DNA of 63,020 nucleotides from Verrucomicrobiota bacterium (lineage in GTDB: Bacteria > Verrucomicrobiota > Verrucomicrobiia > Limisphaerales > SXQI01), in assembly GCA_033762115.1 (NCBI GenBank), contig JANRLX010000126.1:1-63020 (forward strand), in the 5' to 3' direction. Both the position numbers and the translations under genes were made by a program. The notes under the pieces are model-generated. The model saw only the letters and a list, made by a program, of their open reading frames with translations. It did not search any database and was not told the origin of the DNA. Positions 50,946 to 60,649 of this stretch are shown piece after piece (the stretch's first letter is position 1; the number at the start of each line of letters is the position of its first letter).

Positions 50946-51994
50946 GCAGGTTCCTGTTGGCTGATGCAGTGAAAGGAACCAAGACCCCAGATCAATTCAG
51001 TTGAATCCACTCCGATCACCTTCCGGTCAGGAAATTCCCCCTGCAGGATACTCAATGCCCTGGCATCGTTCCGATGGCGAAACGTTGGGACCAGCACGAT
51101 GCCATTCGCGATGTAAAAATTTGCATAACTCGCGGGCAATCGTTGCTCCTCATGTTCAATCAATCCAGGAGTCGGCAGTTCAACAATCTTGAACGGGTTC
51201 CCTTGAAGATCGCGCAATTTCCGCAGCCGATCCAGGTTCTCTCTCAGGATCGGAAAATTTTCATCAGCGCTGTCCTCCTCAACGATTGTCACGATCGTTG
51301 AAGGATTAACAAACCGGCTGAGATCATCGATATGCCCGTCCGTGTCATCTCCGATAATTCCATCTCCAAGCCATAGCACCTGTGTGATTCCGAGGTAATC
51401 CTTCAAATGTTGTTCGATCTGTTCTTTGCTAAGATGAGGATTCCTGTTTGGATTCAGCAAACAACTTTCTGTTGTCAAAAGAGCGCCTTGCCCATTGACC
51501 TCAATGGAACCCCCTTCCATCACAATCCCGGGACTGAACAGCGGCAAGTTCCGAAATTTCGCGACATGCTGTGGGACGGCATCATCCAGGTCGAACGGAG
51601 GATATTTTCCACCCCAGGCATTGTACCCCCAATCCACGATCGCTTTTTCCCGGACTCCATTTCGATCCCGAACAATGAAAATTGGCCCATGATCCCGGCA
51701 CCACGGTTCATAAGAGGGAAAATGGTGGAAATGGATTTGATCCACTGGACCTCCATGCTCCTTCAACAATCGGCGCGCCTCCATTTCTGCGGAAACATCC
51801 CACACATTGATATGCACCTCTTCCACACGACATAACTCCCGGCACAATCGCGCATAGACCTCAGGAACAGTTTCGTACTTTCCCGGAAAACTGATTCCTT
51901 CAGGTCGCGGCCAGGTAAACCAGGTGGCTGCATGCCTCTCCCATTCGGCAGGCATCCGGTAACCCATCGCTGCTGGCGTTTCGTTTCGTTTCAT
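50942..51994 (-). CDS. Agmatine deiminase / peptidylarginine deiminase family
   Basis: Motifs RMPAEWE, WCRDHGP, MEGGS, DTDGHID, ASYANFY, GSFHCISQQ. Start ATG 51994 overlaps the upstream stop. Confidence 0.93.
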   Translation of the reverse strand: MKRNETPAAMGYRMPAEWERHAATWFTWPRPEGISFPGKYETVPEVYARLCRELCRVEEVHINVWDVSAEMEARRLLKEHGGPVDQIHFHHFPSYEPWCRDHGPIFIVRDRNGVREKAIVDWGYNAWGGKYPPFDLDDAVPQHVAKFRNLPLFSPGIVMEGGSIEVNGQGALLTTESCLLNPNRNPHLSKEQIEQHLKDYLGITQVLWLGDGIIGDDTDGHIDDLSRFVNPSTIVTIVEEDSADENFPILRENLDRLRKLRDLQGNPFKIVELPTPGLIEHEEQRLPASYANFYIANGIVLVPTFRHRNDARALSILQGEFPDRKVIGVDSTELIWGLGSFHCISQQEPA

Positions 51995-52935
51995 GGCAGG
52001 CGCTGGCCATGGGCCGCTTCCAAAAGACGATACCAATCCTCCCGGCTGATTTCCAAATCAACCGCTCCTGCCAGTTCTTTAATGCTTTCAGGCGTGGTCG
52101 AACCCACAATTGGCACAATGTTCCCCGGATGCTTGAGCAGCCAGGCCAGGGCAATCACCGTCCGCGAAACCTGATAATCACGCGCAATCCAGTCCATCGT
52201 TTCCTTGATCTTTAAGCGATGCGCATGATGCGGATCATTCAATTCCACCGGACCACTATAACTCAACCGCCCGCCTGCCAGCGGACTCCAGGCCATTGGC
52301 GTCACTTTTTCCGCCAGGCATTGGTCAATTGTCCCGTCTGTAAATGGAGTAATATGCAGCAGGTTGATTTCAACTTGATTGACAATCAACGGCACACCGC
52401 ACGTTTTCTGCACCATTGAAAAAAATGTGGGGCGTGCATTGCTCAACCCGAAATGCCGCACCTTTCCTGACTGCTTCAATCGCGAGAAAGCGGAGGCAAT
52501 TTCCTCCGGGTTCGCCAGGTAATCAGGCCGATGCAGCAGGTAAACATCCAGCGTTTCAATCCCCAGCCGTTTTAAGGATTGTTCGCACGAAGTGATGATA
52601 TGCCCTGCAGAAAAATCGTAGCGATACGGCGAGTTGGGGTTTGGCTTGCCTGCCTTGAGAATCCCGCATTTTGAGGAAATCACCACCTTTTCACGCATCC
52701 CCGGGATTTCCTTCAGCACTTTGCCAAACACGGTTTCACCCATCCCATCGCTGTAAATGTCCGCGTGATCGAACAATGTGATGCCTGCCTCATAGGCTGC
52801 CATCACCGCCTGCTTCCCTCTCACCTCCCGTTCCGCAGTGAATTCCGCCCCCTCCCAGGCTCCGGCAATTCGCCAGCACCCATAGGCCAGGCGGCTGCAT
52901 TCCATTGAACTGGTTCCCAATAAAACGGTTTTCAT
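51991..52935 (-). CDS. Aldo/keto reductase (YdhF-like)
   Basis: Motifs FDHADIY, SKCG, SLKRL...LLHRPD, AWSPLAGG. Confidence 0.93.
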   Translation of the reverse strand: MKTVLLGTSSMECSRLAYGCWRIAGAWEGAEFTAEREVRGKQAVMAAYEAGITLFDHADIYSDGMGETVFGKVLKEIPGMREKVVISSKCGILKAGKPNPNSPYRYDFSAGHIITSCEQSLKRLGIETLDVYLLHRPDYLANPEEIASAFSRLKQSGKVRHFGLSNARPTFFSMVQKTCGVPLIVNQVEINLLHITPFTDGTIDQCLAEKVTPMAWSPLAGGRLSYSGPVELNDPHHAHRLKIKETMDWIARDYQVSRTVIALAWLLKHPGNIVPIVGSTTPESIKELAGAVDLEISREDWYRLLEAAHGQRLP

Positions 52936-54005
52936 GCTTTAAGCGCTGATTTCAGGTCCGCCGCGAACGCCTCCACATCTTCTTCTGTCGTGTCCCAGGA
53001 ACACATGAATCGGCATCCTCCCTTGCCAATGAAAGTATAAAAAATCCAGCCCTTCTCCGCCAATGTTTTGATCACCTGCTCCGGTAATTCCGCGAACACT
53101 GAATTTGCCTGGCGCGGAAATAAAATTTTGATTCCTGCAAGTCCTGCAATTTTATCATGCAGCAATGCCGCCATCGTATTTGCCCGCAATGCATTCCTGA
53201 GCCATGCCCCACTCTCCAGCAACCCCACATAAGGCGCAGCCATGAAACGCATTTTCGAGGCCAGCTGGCCTGCCTGCTTGCAACGGTAGGCAAACTCATG
53301 GGCCAGGTCCCGGTTGAAAAACACCACCGCGTCCCCTGCATGAGTGCCATTCTTGGTTCCTCCAAAACAAAGCACATCCACACCGCATTCCCAGGTGATC
53401 TGTCGCGGCGCTACATTCAGGGAAGCCACCGCATTTGCAAAGCGCGCCCCATCCATATGCAAATGTAATCCCAACTGCTTTGCCTTCACCCCGATCGCGC
53501 GAAGTTCCTCCACACTGTAAACAGTTCCCACTTCCGTCGCCTGCGTCACACTCAGCACGCGTGGCTTCGGATAATGAATGTCCGTGCGCCGATGCACCAC
53601 CCGCTCCACGGCATCAATATCGATTTTTCCATTTCCTCCCTGTGTTAACAGGACCTTTGTCCCATTCGAAAAAAACTCCGGCGCGCCGCATTCATCAGTC
53701 TCAACATGCGCAATCTCATGGCATATGATGCTGTGGTAGGATTGACAAAGCGAAGCCAGCGCCAGGGAATTTGCGGCTGTGCCATTGAAAACGAAAAACA
53801 CTTCACATTCAGTTTCAAAAACTTCCCGGATCAAATCTGCTGCCCGCGCTGTGCATGGATCATCCCCATAACCGCGCGCATGTCCCACATTCACCGCTTT
53901 CAAGGCTTCCCACGCTTCCGGACAAATCCCCGCGTAATTATCGCTGGCGAATTGCCGCCGCTGCGAGGATATGGATTCCATTCCCGCTCCTGTCCTTTTA
54001 TCCAT
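52932..54005 (-). CDS. ltaE: Low-specificity L-threonine aldolase
   Basis: Motifs FASDN, FNGTAAN, HMDGARFANA, PLP lysine in GGTKNG. Confidence 0.9.
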   Translation of the reverse strand: MDKRTGAGMESISSQRRQFASDNYAGICPEAWEALKAVNVGHARGYGDDPCTARAADLIREVFETECEVFFVFNGTAANSLALASLCQSYHSIICHEIAHVETDECGAPEFFSNGTKVLLTQGGNGKIDIDAVERVVHRRTDIHYPKPRVLSVTQATEVGTVYSVEELRAIGVKAKQLGLHLHMDGARFANAVASLNVAPRQITWECGVDVLCFGGTKNGTHAGDAVVFFNRDLAHEFAYRCKQAGQLASKMRFMAAPYVGLLESGAWLRNALRANTMAALLHDKIAGLAGIKILFPRQANSVFAELPEQVIKTLAEKGWIFYTFIGKGGCRFMCSWDTTEEDVEAFAADLKSALKA

Positions 54006-54948
54006 GGATAAACTCCTCTCCCACCCGCATTGGGTTTCCTGCCAAAAACTGCGCCACGCTCAAGCGTTTTCCACCTTCCTTCTGCAATTCAAGAATTCTC
54101 AAGGAATCCTTTCCACATCCCACCAGAATGCCATTGTCGCCCACTCTCAAAATTTTTCCTGGTTCGCCCGCTTCGCTGGACTGGGTTGCTTTCCATATCT
54201 TTAAAATCAACGATTTTTCACCACTTCTAAGCGTTGTAAAAGTGCCAGGCCATGGGTTGAAAGCCCTGATTCGATTACCAATCGATTCTGCCGAATCACT
54301 CCAATTGATGCGACCGGCTTCCTTCCTTATTTTTCCCGCGTAGGTTGCGCCCTCCGGCTGCGGCACCGGCTTGATCTCCCCGCGCACATAACCCGGAATC
54401 GTTTCCACCAGTAAGTTCGCCCCCACCTGCCCAAGGGTATCGTGCAGGGTGGCTGCTGTATCGTTTTCCGAAATGGGAACCCGCTCCATTGAAACAATCG
54501 GCCCGGTGTCCATTCCTGCATCCATTTTCATGATCGTCACTCCCGTTTCCCGGTCTCCATTGAGAACAGCATGTTGTATCGGCGCTGCTCCTCGATACTT
54601 CGGCAGTAACGAAGTATGGATGTTCAAAGCCCCATGCCGTGAAATATCCAGCAGTGACTGCGGCAATATCTGTCCATAAGCAATGACAATCATTAAATCC
54701 GCCTGGAGTTCCTTTACCGAATTTATAAACGCAGCGTCCCGCGCTGAAACTGGCTGCAGGACTGGGATGCCATGTGCCTGGGCCAATTCCTTCACAGGCG
54801 GCGGCTGCAACTGCAAATCCCTCCCTTTTTGCTTGTCAGGCTGCGTCACCACAGCAACCACCTTCCCTAGTTTTGATTCAAGCAAAGTGTTCAACACTGG
54901 GCAGGCGATCTCCGGAGTTCCAAAAAATAGAATTCGGAGATCATCCAT
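53998..54948 (-). CDS. fmt: Methionyl-tRNA formyltransferase
   Basis: Motifs FFGTP, VTQPD, AYGQIL, NIHTSLLPKYRGAAPIQ, RAFNPWP. Confidence 0.97.
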   Translation of the reverse strand: MDDLRILFFGTPEIACPVLNTLLESKLGKVVAVVTQPDKQKGRDLQLQPPPVKELAQAHGIPVLQPVSARDAAFINSVKELQADLMIVIAYGQILPQSLLDISRHGALNIHTSLLPKYRGAAPIQHAVLNGDRETGVTIMKMDAGMDTGPIVSMERVPISENDTAATLHDTLGQVGANLLVETIPGYVRGEIKPVPQPEGATYAGKIRKEAGRINWSDSAESIGNRIRAFNPWPGTFTTLRSGEKSLILKIWKATQSSEAGEPGKILRVGDNGILVGCGKDSLRILELQKEGGKRLSVAQFLAGNPMRVGEEFIHG

Positions 54949-54962
54949 GATTCAGCTGCAAA

Positions 54963-55553
54963 CTAAATTCCCAGGCTGGTGATCGTTTGCAGCATATCGC
55001 GCAGGACATTGACCGGCTTTTGTGAGGAATCAATCGTGTGGACCAGTTGCGGTCCGTAAAAATCAAGGACAGGGCGCGTTTCCCGCTCATAAACATCCAA
55101 TCGCGCCCTGATCACTTGCAAATTGGCATCATCCAGCCGGTTTTCGCGCAACGCCCGCCTTTGCAAACGCTCCACCATCTTGGAAAGATCAGAACAAGTC
55201 AGGTTGAACACCGCCAGCACGTCAAGGGTATCAGTCAAAATTTCCGCCTGTGTCGGGTTTCTTGGGATCCCATCCAGCACCAGGGTATCCTTTGCGGGAT
55301 TGAACCGGTTTGTTTGCTGCGTGGCCCTGATCGATTCTCGCCAGAGCCGAATCGTCACCTCGTCCGGCACCAGTTCTCCCCGGCTGGAATACTCCACAAA
55401 AATCTGCCCCAGCTCATGCTCGATCGTTAAATTCCGAAAGATATCACCGCACGCGCAATGGTAAAAATTGGGAATACTCCCAAGAATTTTCCCCTGGGTT
55501 CCCTTGCCTGAGCCTGGCGCTCCAAAAAGGATGATCGTTTTATATTTTTCCAT
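54963..55553 (-). CDS. adk: Adenylate kinase family protein (short LID)
   Basis: Motifs GAPGSGKGTQG, GDIFR, GELVPDE, LDGIPRN, RLDD. Confidence 0.85.
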   Translation of the reverse strand: MEKYKTIILFGAPGSGKGTQGKILGSIPNFYHCACGDIFRNLTIEHELGQIFVEYSSRGELVPDEVTIRLWRESIRATQQTNRFNPAKDTLVLDGIPRNPTQAEILTDTLDVLAVFNLTCSDLSKMVERLQRRALRENRLDDANLQVIRARLDVYERETRPVLDFYGPQLVHTIDSSQKPVNVLRDMLQTITSLGI

Positions 55554-55565
55554 CCGGACCTTTGT

Positions 55566-56546
55566 TTAAACCGCATCCTTGGATTTCACCTGCACCTCAT
55601 TGATGTCGGAAAAAGAGACGGCACTTTCAGCTCCCCCGCGCAGCAATTGCAAATGAATGTCAGATGAGGAAATGCGGCTGATTCGCTTTGCCAGATACTC
55701 ATTTTTCGCCGCTTTGATCACAATCACCTGGTTCTTCTCAGGTTCACTCAAAACCATTCGGAAAAAGCCAGCCAGCTTGCTCTCAAAAAATTTCCGGTCA
55801 AAATTCGTCTCCCCTCGTTTCCAGATCTGCGCCTGCCCTTCCTTTCCTCCCGGTTTTGCATGCGCTGCCAAACCCAAACCACCACCTGCTGCTGCCGCTG
55901 GCGCACTGGCCAGTGGGGAAGCTGGCGCGCTTGCTCCAGGATCCGGTTCAGGGGCAAACTCGGGCACCGCAATCGGCTCGCCCGGAATCAGCATGAACAA
56001 CGCCGGAGCGGCAATCGGGAAAATCGCTGCGAGTCCCACGAGAAGCGCCTTCGATTTCCCTTTCCCTTTTGCAATCTCCGCTGCTGCGTACAGGTTTGCC
56101 AGGTAAATCACCCCCAATAAGAACAGTCCTACCGGATTCATTAATGAAGCAAAAAAACTCTTTTTTTGGGCGGGACGCTCCACGCGTGGCACTTCCTTCA
56201 GGACGATTTCCTGCTTCTTTTTTCGTTCCCGTTCTTTGACTTCTATGGGAACTTCAATGAATGGCTCCACAAATGGCTTCGCTTTTGGGTCATTCGCAAG
56301 CTCCTTTAACGTTTCCTGCGTAAATTGCCCCCAATTGATCCGTTCCGACCAGCCTCCCACATCCAGCCGCACCACAAGACCGTCATCATTGATCGAAGAA
56401 GGCACCCCTTTGATAATGTCCCCATTGATCAGCTTGTACTCCGCTGCCATCAGCACCACTTGCAACGAAAGAAAAATTGCGGCCATTCCGCACACTCTGA
56501 AAAACCTGCACATGATGCGGTTTGGATACCAAACGATTTGGTCCAA
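55566..56546 (-). CDS. Hypothetical membrane protein
   Basis: 326-aa ORF collinear with its neighbours: signal peptide, soluble domain, two TM segments, Pro/Ala linker, C-terminal domain. Start uncertain. Confidence 0.75.
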   Translation of the reverse strand: MDQIVWYPNRIMCRFFRVCGMAAIFLSLQVVLMAAEYKLINGDIIKGVPSSINDDGLVVRLDVGGWSERINWGQFTQETLKELANDPKAKPFVEPFIEVPIEVKERERKKKQEIVLKEVPRVERPAQKKSFFASLMNPVGLFLLGVIYLANLYAAAEIAKGKGKSKALLVGLAAIFPIAAPALFMLIPGEPIAVPEFAPEPDPGASAPASPLASAPAAAAGGGLGLAAHAKPGGKEGQAQIWKRGETNFDRKFFESKLAGFFRMVLSEPEKNQVIVIKAAKNEYLAKRISRISSSDIHLQLLRGGAESAVSFSDINEVQVKSKDAV

Positions 56547-56577
56547 AGAAAGGAAAAACCAAAAACGCGCCTGCCAC

Positions 56578-57558
56578 TCAGGCTTTCAGCGCCTCATATT
56601 CCGAGCGGGTCATTTCCTCAATCAATTCGGAAAAAGTTGTCTCCGGTTCCCAGCCAAGCAACCGCTTTGCTTTGTCCGGATTCCCAACCAGCCGCTGCGG
56701 TTCTGCCGGCCTCATGAATCGTGGGTCTTTCCTGACATACTGGTCCCATTGCAGCCCCATCGTCTTGAAAGCCAGCTCCACCACCTCCTGCACGCTGTGC
56801 AATTGTCCCGTCGCAAAAATATAATCCGTTGCCTTTTCATGTTGGAGAGAAAGCCACATTCCCCGGACATAATCCCTGGCGCTGCCCCAGTCCCTCTTCG
56901 CGGTCGTATCCCCCAGCAGCAACTCTTTTTGCAATCCCAGCTTGATCGCTGCTGCCGCGCGGCAAATCTTTCGCGTCACGAAATTCTCTCCCCGCCGGGG
57001 TGATTCATGATTGTAAAGAATTCCGTTCACCGCAAAAAGATTGAACGTCCGCCGGTAGATTTTCACCATGTGTGTCGCAAAGGTTTTTGCGCACCCGTAC
57101 GGATTGATCGGCGCCGCGGGAGTATTTTCATCCTGCGGGACATTGGCTGGCTCCCCAAAAATTTCGCTCGAGGAGGCATGAAAAAATTTCGGCATCTGCG
57201 GCATGTCGCGCACCATTTCAAGGATGCGCAACGTCCCGAACGCAGTCATGTCAGCCGTCGTTTCCGGGATTTCGAAGCTTAATCCCACATGGCTCTGCCC
57301 CGCCAAATGATAAATCTCATCCGGGGCGACTTTGAATAAAGCCCTTCGAAAAGTCGTGGGATCGTTCAACTCCGCGTAATGGAGAAACAATCGTTTCCCA
57401 TACGTGCCAGGATCCTTGTAAAGGTGCTCAAGGCGCGAGCGATCAAGACTGCTCGTCCTCCGCACCACTCCATGAACCTCATACCCCCGCTCTAGGAGCA
57501 GTTCGGTCAAATACGATCCATCCTGCCCCGTGATCCCGGTGATGAGCGCCTTCGGCAT
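56578..57558 (-). CDS. gmd: GDP-mannose 4,6-dehydratase, divergent second copy
   Basis: Motifs [43 protein letters not shown]. Confidence 0.9.
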   Translation of the reverse strand: MPKALITGITGQDGSYLTELLLERGYEVHGVVRRTSSLDRSRLEHLYKDPGTYGKRLFLHYAELNDPTTFRRALFKVAPDEIYHLAGQSHVGLSFEIPETTADMTAFGTLRILEMVRDMPQMPKFFHASSSEIFGEPANVPQDENTPAAPINPYGCAKTFATHMVKIYRRTFNLFAVNGILYNHESPRRGENFVTRKICRAAAAIKLGLQKELLLGDTTAKRDWGSARDYVRGMWLSLQHEKATDYIFATGQLHSVQEVVELAFKTMGLQWDQYVRKDPRFMRPAEPQRLVGNPDKAKRLLGWEPETTFSELIEEMTRSEYEALKA

Positions 57559-57561
57559 GCC

Positions 57562-58575
57562 TTAATCTTTAAGCTTGCCGCGACCAGCCCGAAGATCTTC
57601 CAGCGCTTTAACATCTGCATCAACCATCAACCGCGCCAGATCGGCAAACTTCGTCTTCGGCTCCCAGCCCAGCTGCTTCTTCGCTTTGCTGTAATCGCCA
57701 ATGAGCAACTCAACTTCTGCCGGACGATAATAGCGCGGGTCAATTTCCACATACTTCTTCCAATCCAATCCCACATGACCGAACGCCACATCAAGAAATT
57801 CACGGATCGTATGCGTTTCATTCGTTGCGATCACGTAATCATCCGGCTTGTCCTGCTGCAGCATCAGCCACATCGCCTCCACGTATTCCTTTGCATAACC
57901 CCAATCCCTCTTCGCGTCCAGGTTTCCAAGGAACAGTTTATCCTGCAAACCTGCCTTGATCGCCGCCACCGCACGGGTGATTTTGCGCGTCACGAAAGTC
58001 TCTCCGCGCCGCGGCGATTCATGATTGAACAAAATCCCATTGCTTGCATGCATTCCATACGACTCACGATAATTCACCGTGATCCAGTAAGAGTAGACTT
58101 TTGCGCAACCATACGGACTGCGTGGGTAAAACGGAGTGGTTTCACGCTGCGGCACCTCCATCACCTGCCCATACATTTCACTGGAGGAGGCCTGGTAAAA
58201 ACGTGGCTTGATCCCGGCCTCGCGGATCGCTTCCAATAACCGCACCGTTCCCGTGCCAGTGATGTCAGCTGTGTATTCCGGGCTGTCAAAGCTCACCCGG
58301 ACATGGCTTTGCGCGGCTAAATTGTAAACTTCGTCAGGCTGGATTTTCGCCACCAGACGGGCCAGGTTGCTCGCATCGCTCAGATCCCCATATTCCAGGA
58401 ACAAACGATTGCTTCCGGAATGCGGATCTTCATAGATCGGGTCGAGCCGGCCGGTGTTGAACGTGCTCGCTCGCCGAATAATCCCATAAACAGTATAACC
58501 TTTGGAAAGCAGCAGTTCAGCCAAATAGGAGCCGTCCTGTCCTGTAATACCCGTTATCAACGCTTTTTTCGCCAT
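57562..58575 (-). CDS. gmd: GDP-mannose 4,6-dehydratase
   Basis: Motifs [51 protein letters not shown]. Confidence 0.97.
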   Translation of the reverse strand: MAKKALITGITGQDGSYLAELLLSKGYTVYGIIRRASTFNTGRLDPIYEDPHSGSNRLFLEYGDLSDASNLARLVAKIQPDEVYNLAAQSHVRVSFDSPEYTADITGTGTVRLLEAIREAGIKPRFYQASSSEMYGQVMEVPQRETTPFYPRSPYGCAKVYSYWITVNYRESYGMHASNGILFNHESPRRGETFVTRKITRAVAAIKAGLQDKLFLGNLDAKRDWGYAKEYVEAMWLMLQQDKPDDYVIATNETHTIREFLDVAFGHVGLDWKKYVEIDPRYYRPAEVELLIGDYSKAKKQLGWEPKTKFADLARLMVDADVKALEDLRAGRGKLKD

Positions 58576-58641
58576 ATTTTGGGCCGTAGATTTCTTTAAT
58601 TAGTCCTGAATAGCAAGCCAAACCCCTGCATCACCACTCGA

Positions 58642-59034
58642 TCATTTTTCGACTGGTTTGCTGGCTTTCTGCCATGCTTTGAATCCCCCATCCAGGTGAT
58701 ACAAAGATTGGAACTTCATCTCCTTCATCGTCTCCCGAGCTTGGGAACTTCGTCCTCCCGATGCACAATGAAGAAGATACGTTTTACTCTTATCGAGCGA
58801 TTTTAATTTTTCTTTAAAGTCATCCGCATAAAAATCCACATTCGTCGCCCCCTTTAAATGCCCCTCCTGGAATTCCTTGGCCGTCCGGATATCCAGGACC
58901 ACCACATTCGTGTTTTTCGCCAGCAACGCCGCCGCCTCTTCAGGTCCCACGTTGATGACTGCCTTCTCCTCCGCTCTCCCGGCCATCACGCCGCAGAGCA
59001 GCAACACCGCCATCATCATTCGCAATAGTTTCAT
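58642..59034 (-). CDS. Rhodanese-like domain protein with signal peptide
   Basis: Motifs LDIRT..EF..GHLKGA, active-site HCASGGRS, LDGGFKAW. Start set at ATG 59034. Confidence 0.88.
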   Translation of the reverse strand: MKLLRMMMAVLLLCGVMAGRAEEKAVINVGPEEAAALLAKNTNVVVLDIRTAKEFQEGHLKGATNVDFYADDFKEKLKSLDKSKTYLLHCASGGRSSQARETMKEMKFQSLYHLDGGFKAWQKASKPVEK

Positions 59035-59239
59035 AATTCCTCCAAGTCCTTTACCCACTCTCCAGCTTTCCGCAATCAAATCCTGTCAGGCTTCCCTTTA
59101 AATTGCCGATATCTTTATTGTTTGCTTTCCAAGAGCAACTTATCAATTACTCTTCTGCGACTCAGAAAACGTCATGAATTGGGTGAAAATAATAATGCCG
59201 ACAGTCCTCTTTCAACCCGGATGCCAGCGTCCTTGACCT

Positions 59240-60625
59240 ATGGTCAGCTACAGAACTCGCGGGATTTATAGCCTTTGTCTTTTTGCACAGATCATTGGGG
59301 TCTCCATCCTCTTTTGGCTCTGGCTCCCCGTTTCCCAGGGAGGCCTGCACTTTACCCAGTTCGGCTCCCGCTATGCCATTTACAATGCCATGATCCTTCT
59401 TGGGCTCGTCGTCGCCTTCAAGCCCTCCAACGTCATCCGCAATGACATCTGGAACGCTTCCCGACACGCCATACGACAAACATTTCTTGCTTTTGCTTTT
59501 CTTGGCGTCTTCCTCATCGGCTCCAAGGACGCCATGATCTCCCGCCTCTTTCTCTTTACTTTTCTCCCCCTGCTTTTTGCCCTGCTTCTTCTCCTCCATT
59601 ATTATCTGCCCACCTCCCTCGCACGAATCACTTTCAGCGGGGCACATGAGGAACGAGTCCTTTTAATCGGTTCCACCAAAAATATCGCCTTCCTCCAAAA
59701 CTGGATCGAAAGCAAGGAAAGCGTCGGCTATGTCACCATCGGAATTCTTTCAGATGATGCCCGCACCAGCGAAGTCGAAGGCTACAAAGTCCTGGGCGGT
59801 TTTGATGACATTGAACGCACCGTGCGCGAATGGAGCATCACCCAGGTCGTTCTCGTCGAATTCCCACTATTCAGTAACGTCCTCTCCAACTGCGCCAGTA
59901 TTTGTGAAAAACTTGGCGTCCGCTTTCTCGTTTTTTGCGATTTCGAAAGCAAGTTCCATCACTCCATCACCATGTTCGAGGATGAAGGACTCCGCTTCAT
60001 CAGCCTGCGTCAGGAACCGCTCGAAGACCCCTTTAATCGTTTTTGCAAACGGGCCCTCGACATCATCGTGGCCATGCCGGTCATCCTTTTCGTTCTTCCC
60101 TTCACCACCCTGGTGGTCTGGTTTTTTCAGAAGCTTCAATCTCCCGGGCCGGTGTTCCACAGCCAGCCACGCGCCGGATTGCAGAACCGCCCATTCCAGA
60201 TTCTGAAATATCGCACCATGAACGTCGGCAACTTCAGCCAGGCCAAACAGGCCACTACCAACGATCCTCGCATCTACCCCGCCGGTCGCTGGTTCCGCAA
60301 ACTCAGCATCGATGAGCTGCCACAGTTTTGGAACGTCCTTCGCGGTGAAATGAGCGTGGTCGGCCCCCGTCCACATCTCCTTGAGCATAACGAGCAATTT
60401 GCCCGCGCTCTCCATAATTATCATGTCCGCGCCCAGATCAAGCCCGGCATCACCGGCCTGGCCCAGGTCAAAGGTTTTCGCGGTGAAACCCGCACCCAGG
60501 AAGATGTTGTCCAGCGCGTCAAGGCGGACATTTTCTATCTCGAAAACTGGTCCCTCTCCCTGGATACCTGGATCATTTTCCAGACTTATTTCCAGGTCTT
60601 CGCCCCGCCAAAATCCGCGAAATAA
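59240..60625 (+). CDS. Exopolysaccharide polyprenyl glycosylphosphotransferase (WcaJ-like)
   Basis: N-terminal TM segments, then KRALDI, KYRTM, SIDELPQFWNVLRGEMSVVGPRP, KPGITGLAQV. Confidence 0.94.
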   Translation: MVSYRTRGIYSLCLFAQIIGVSILFWLWLPVSQGGLHFTQFGSRYAIYNAMILLGLVVAFKPSNVIRNDIWNASRHAIRQTFLAFAFLGVFLIGSKDAMISRLFLFTFLPLLFALLLLLHYYLPTSLARITFSGAHEERVLLIGSTKNIAFLQNWIESKESVGYVTIGILSDDARTSEVEGYKVLGGFDDIERTVREWSITQVVLVEFPLFSNVLSNCASICEKLGVRFLVFCDFESKFHHSITMFEDEGLRFISLRQEPLEDPFNRFCKRALDIIVAMPVILFVLPFTTLVVWFFQKLQSPGPVFHSQPRAGLQNRPFQILKYRTMNVGNFSQAKQATTNDPRIYPAGRWFRKLSIDELPQFWNVLRGEMSVVGPRPHLLEHNEQFARALHNYHVRAQIKPGITGLAQVKGFRGETRTQEDVVQRVKADIFYLENWSLSLDTWIIFQTYFQVFAPPKSAK

Positions 60626-60649
60626 GTCGCTCCGCTCTTCCTGTAAATC

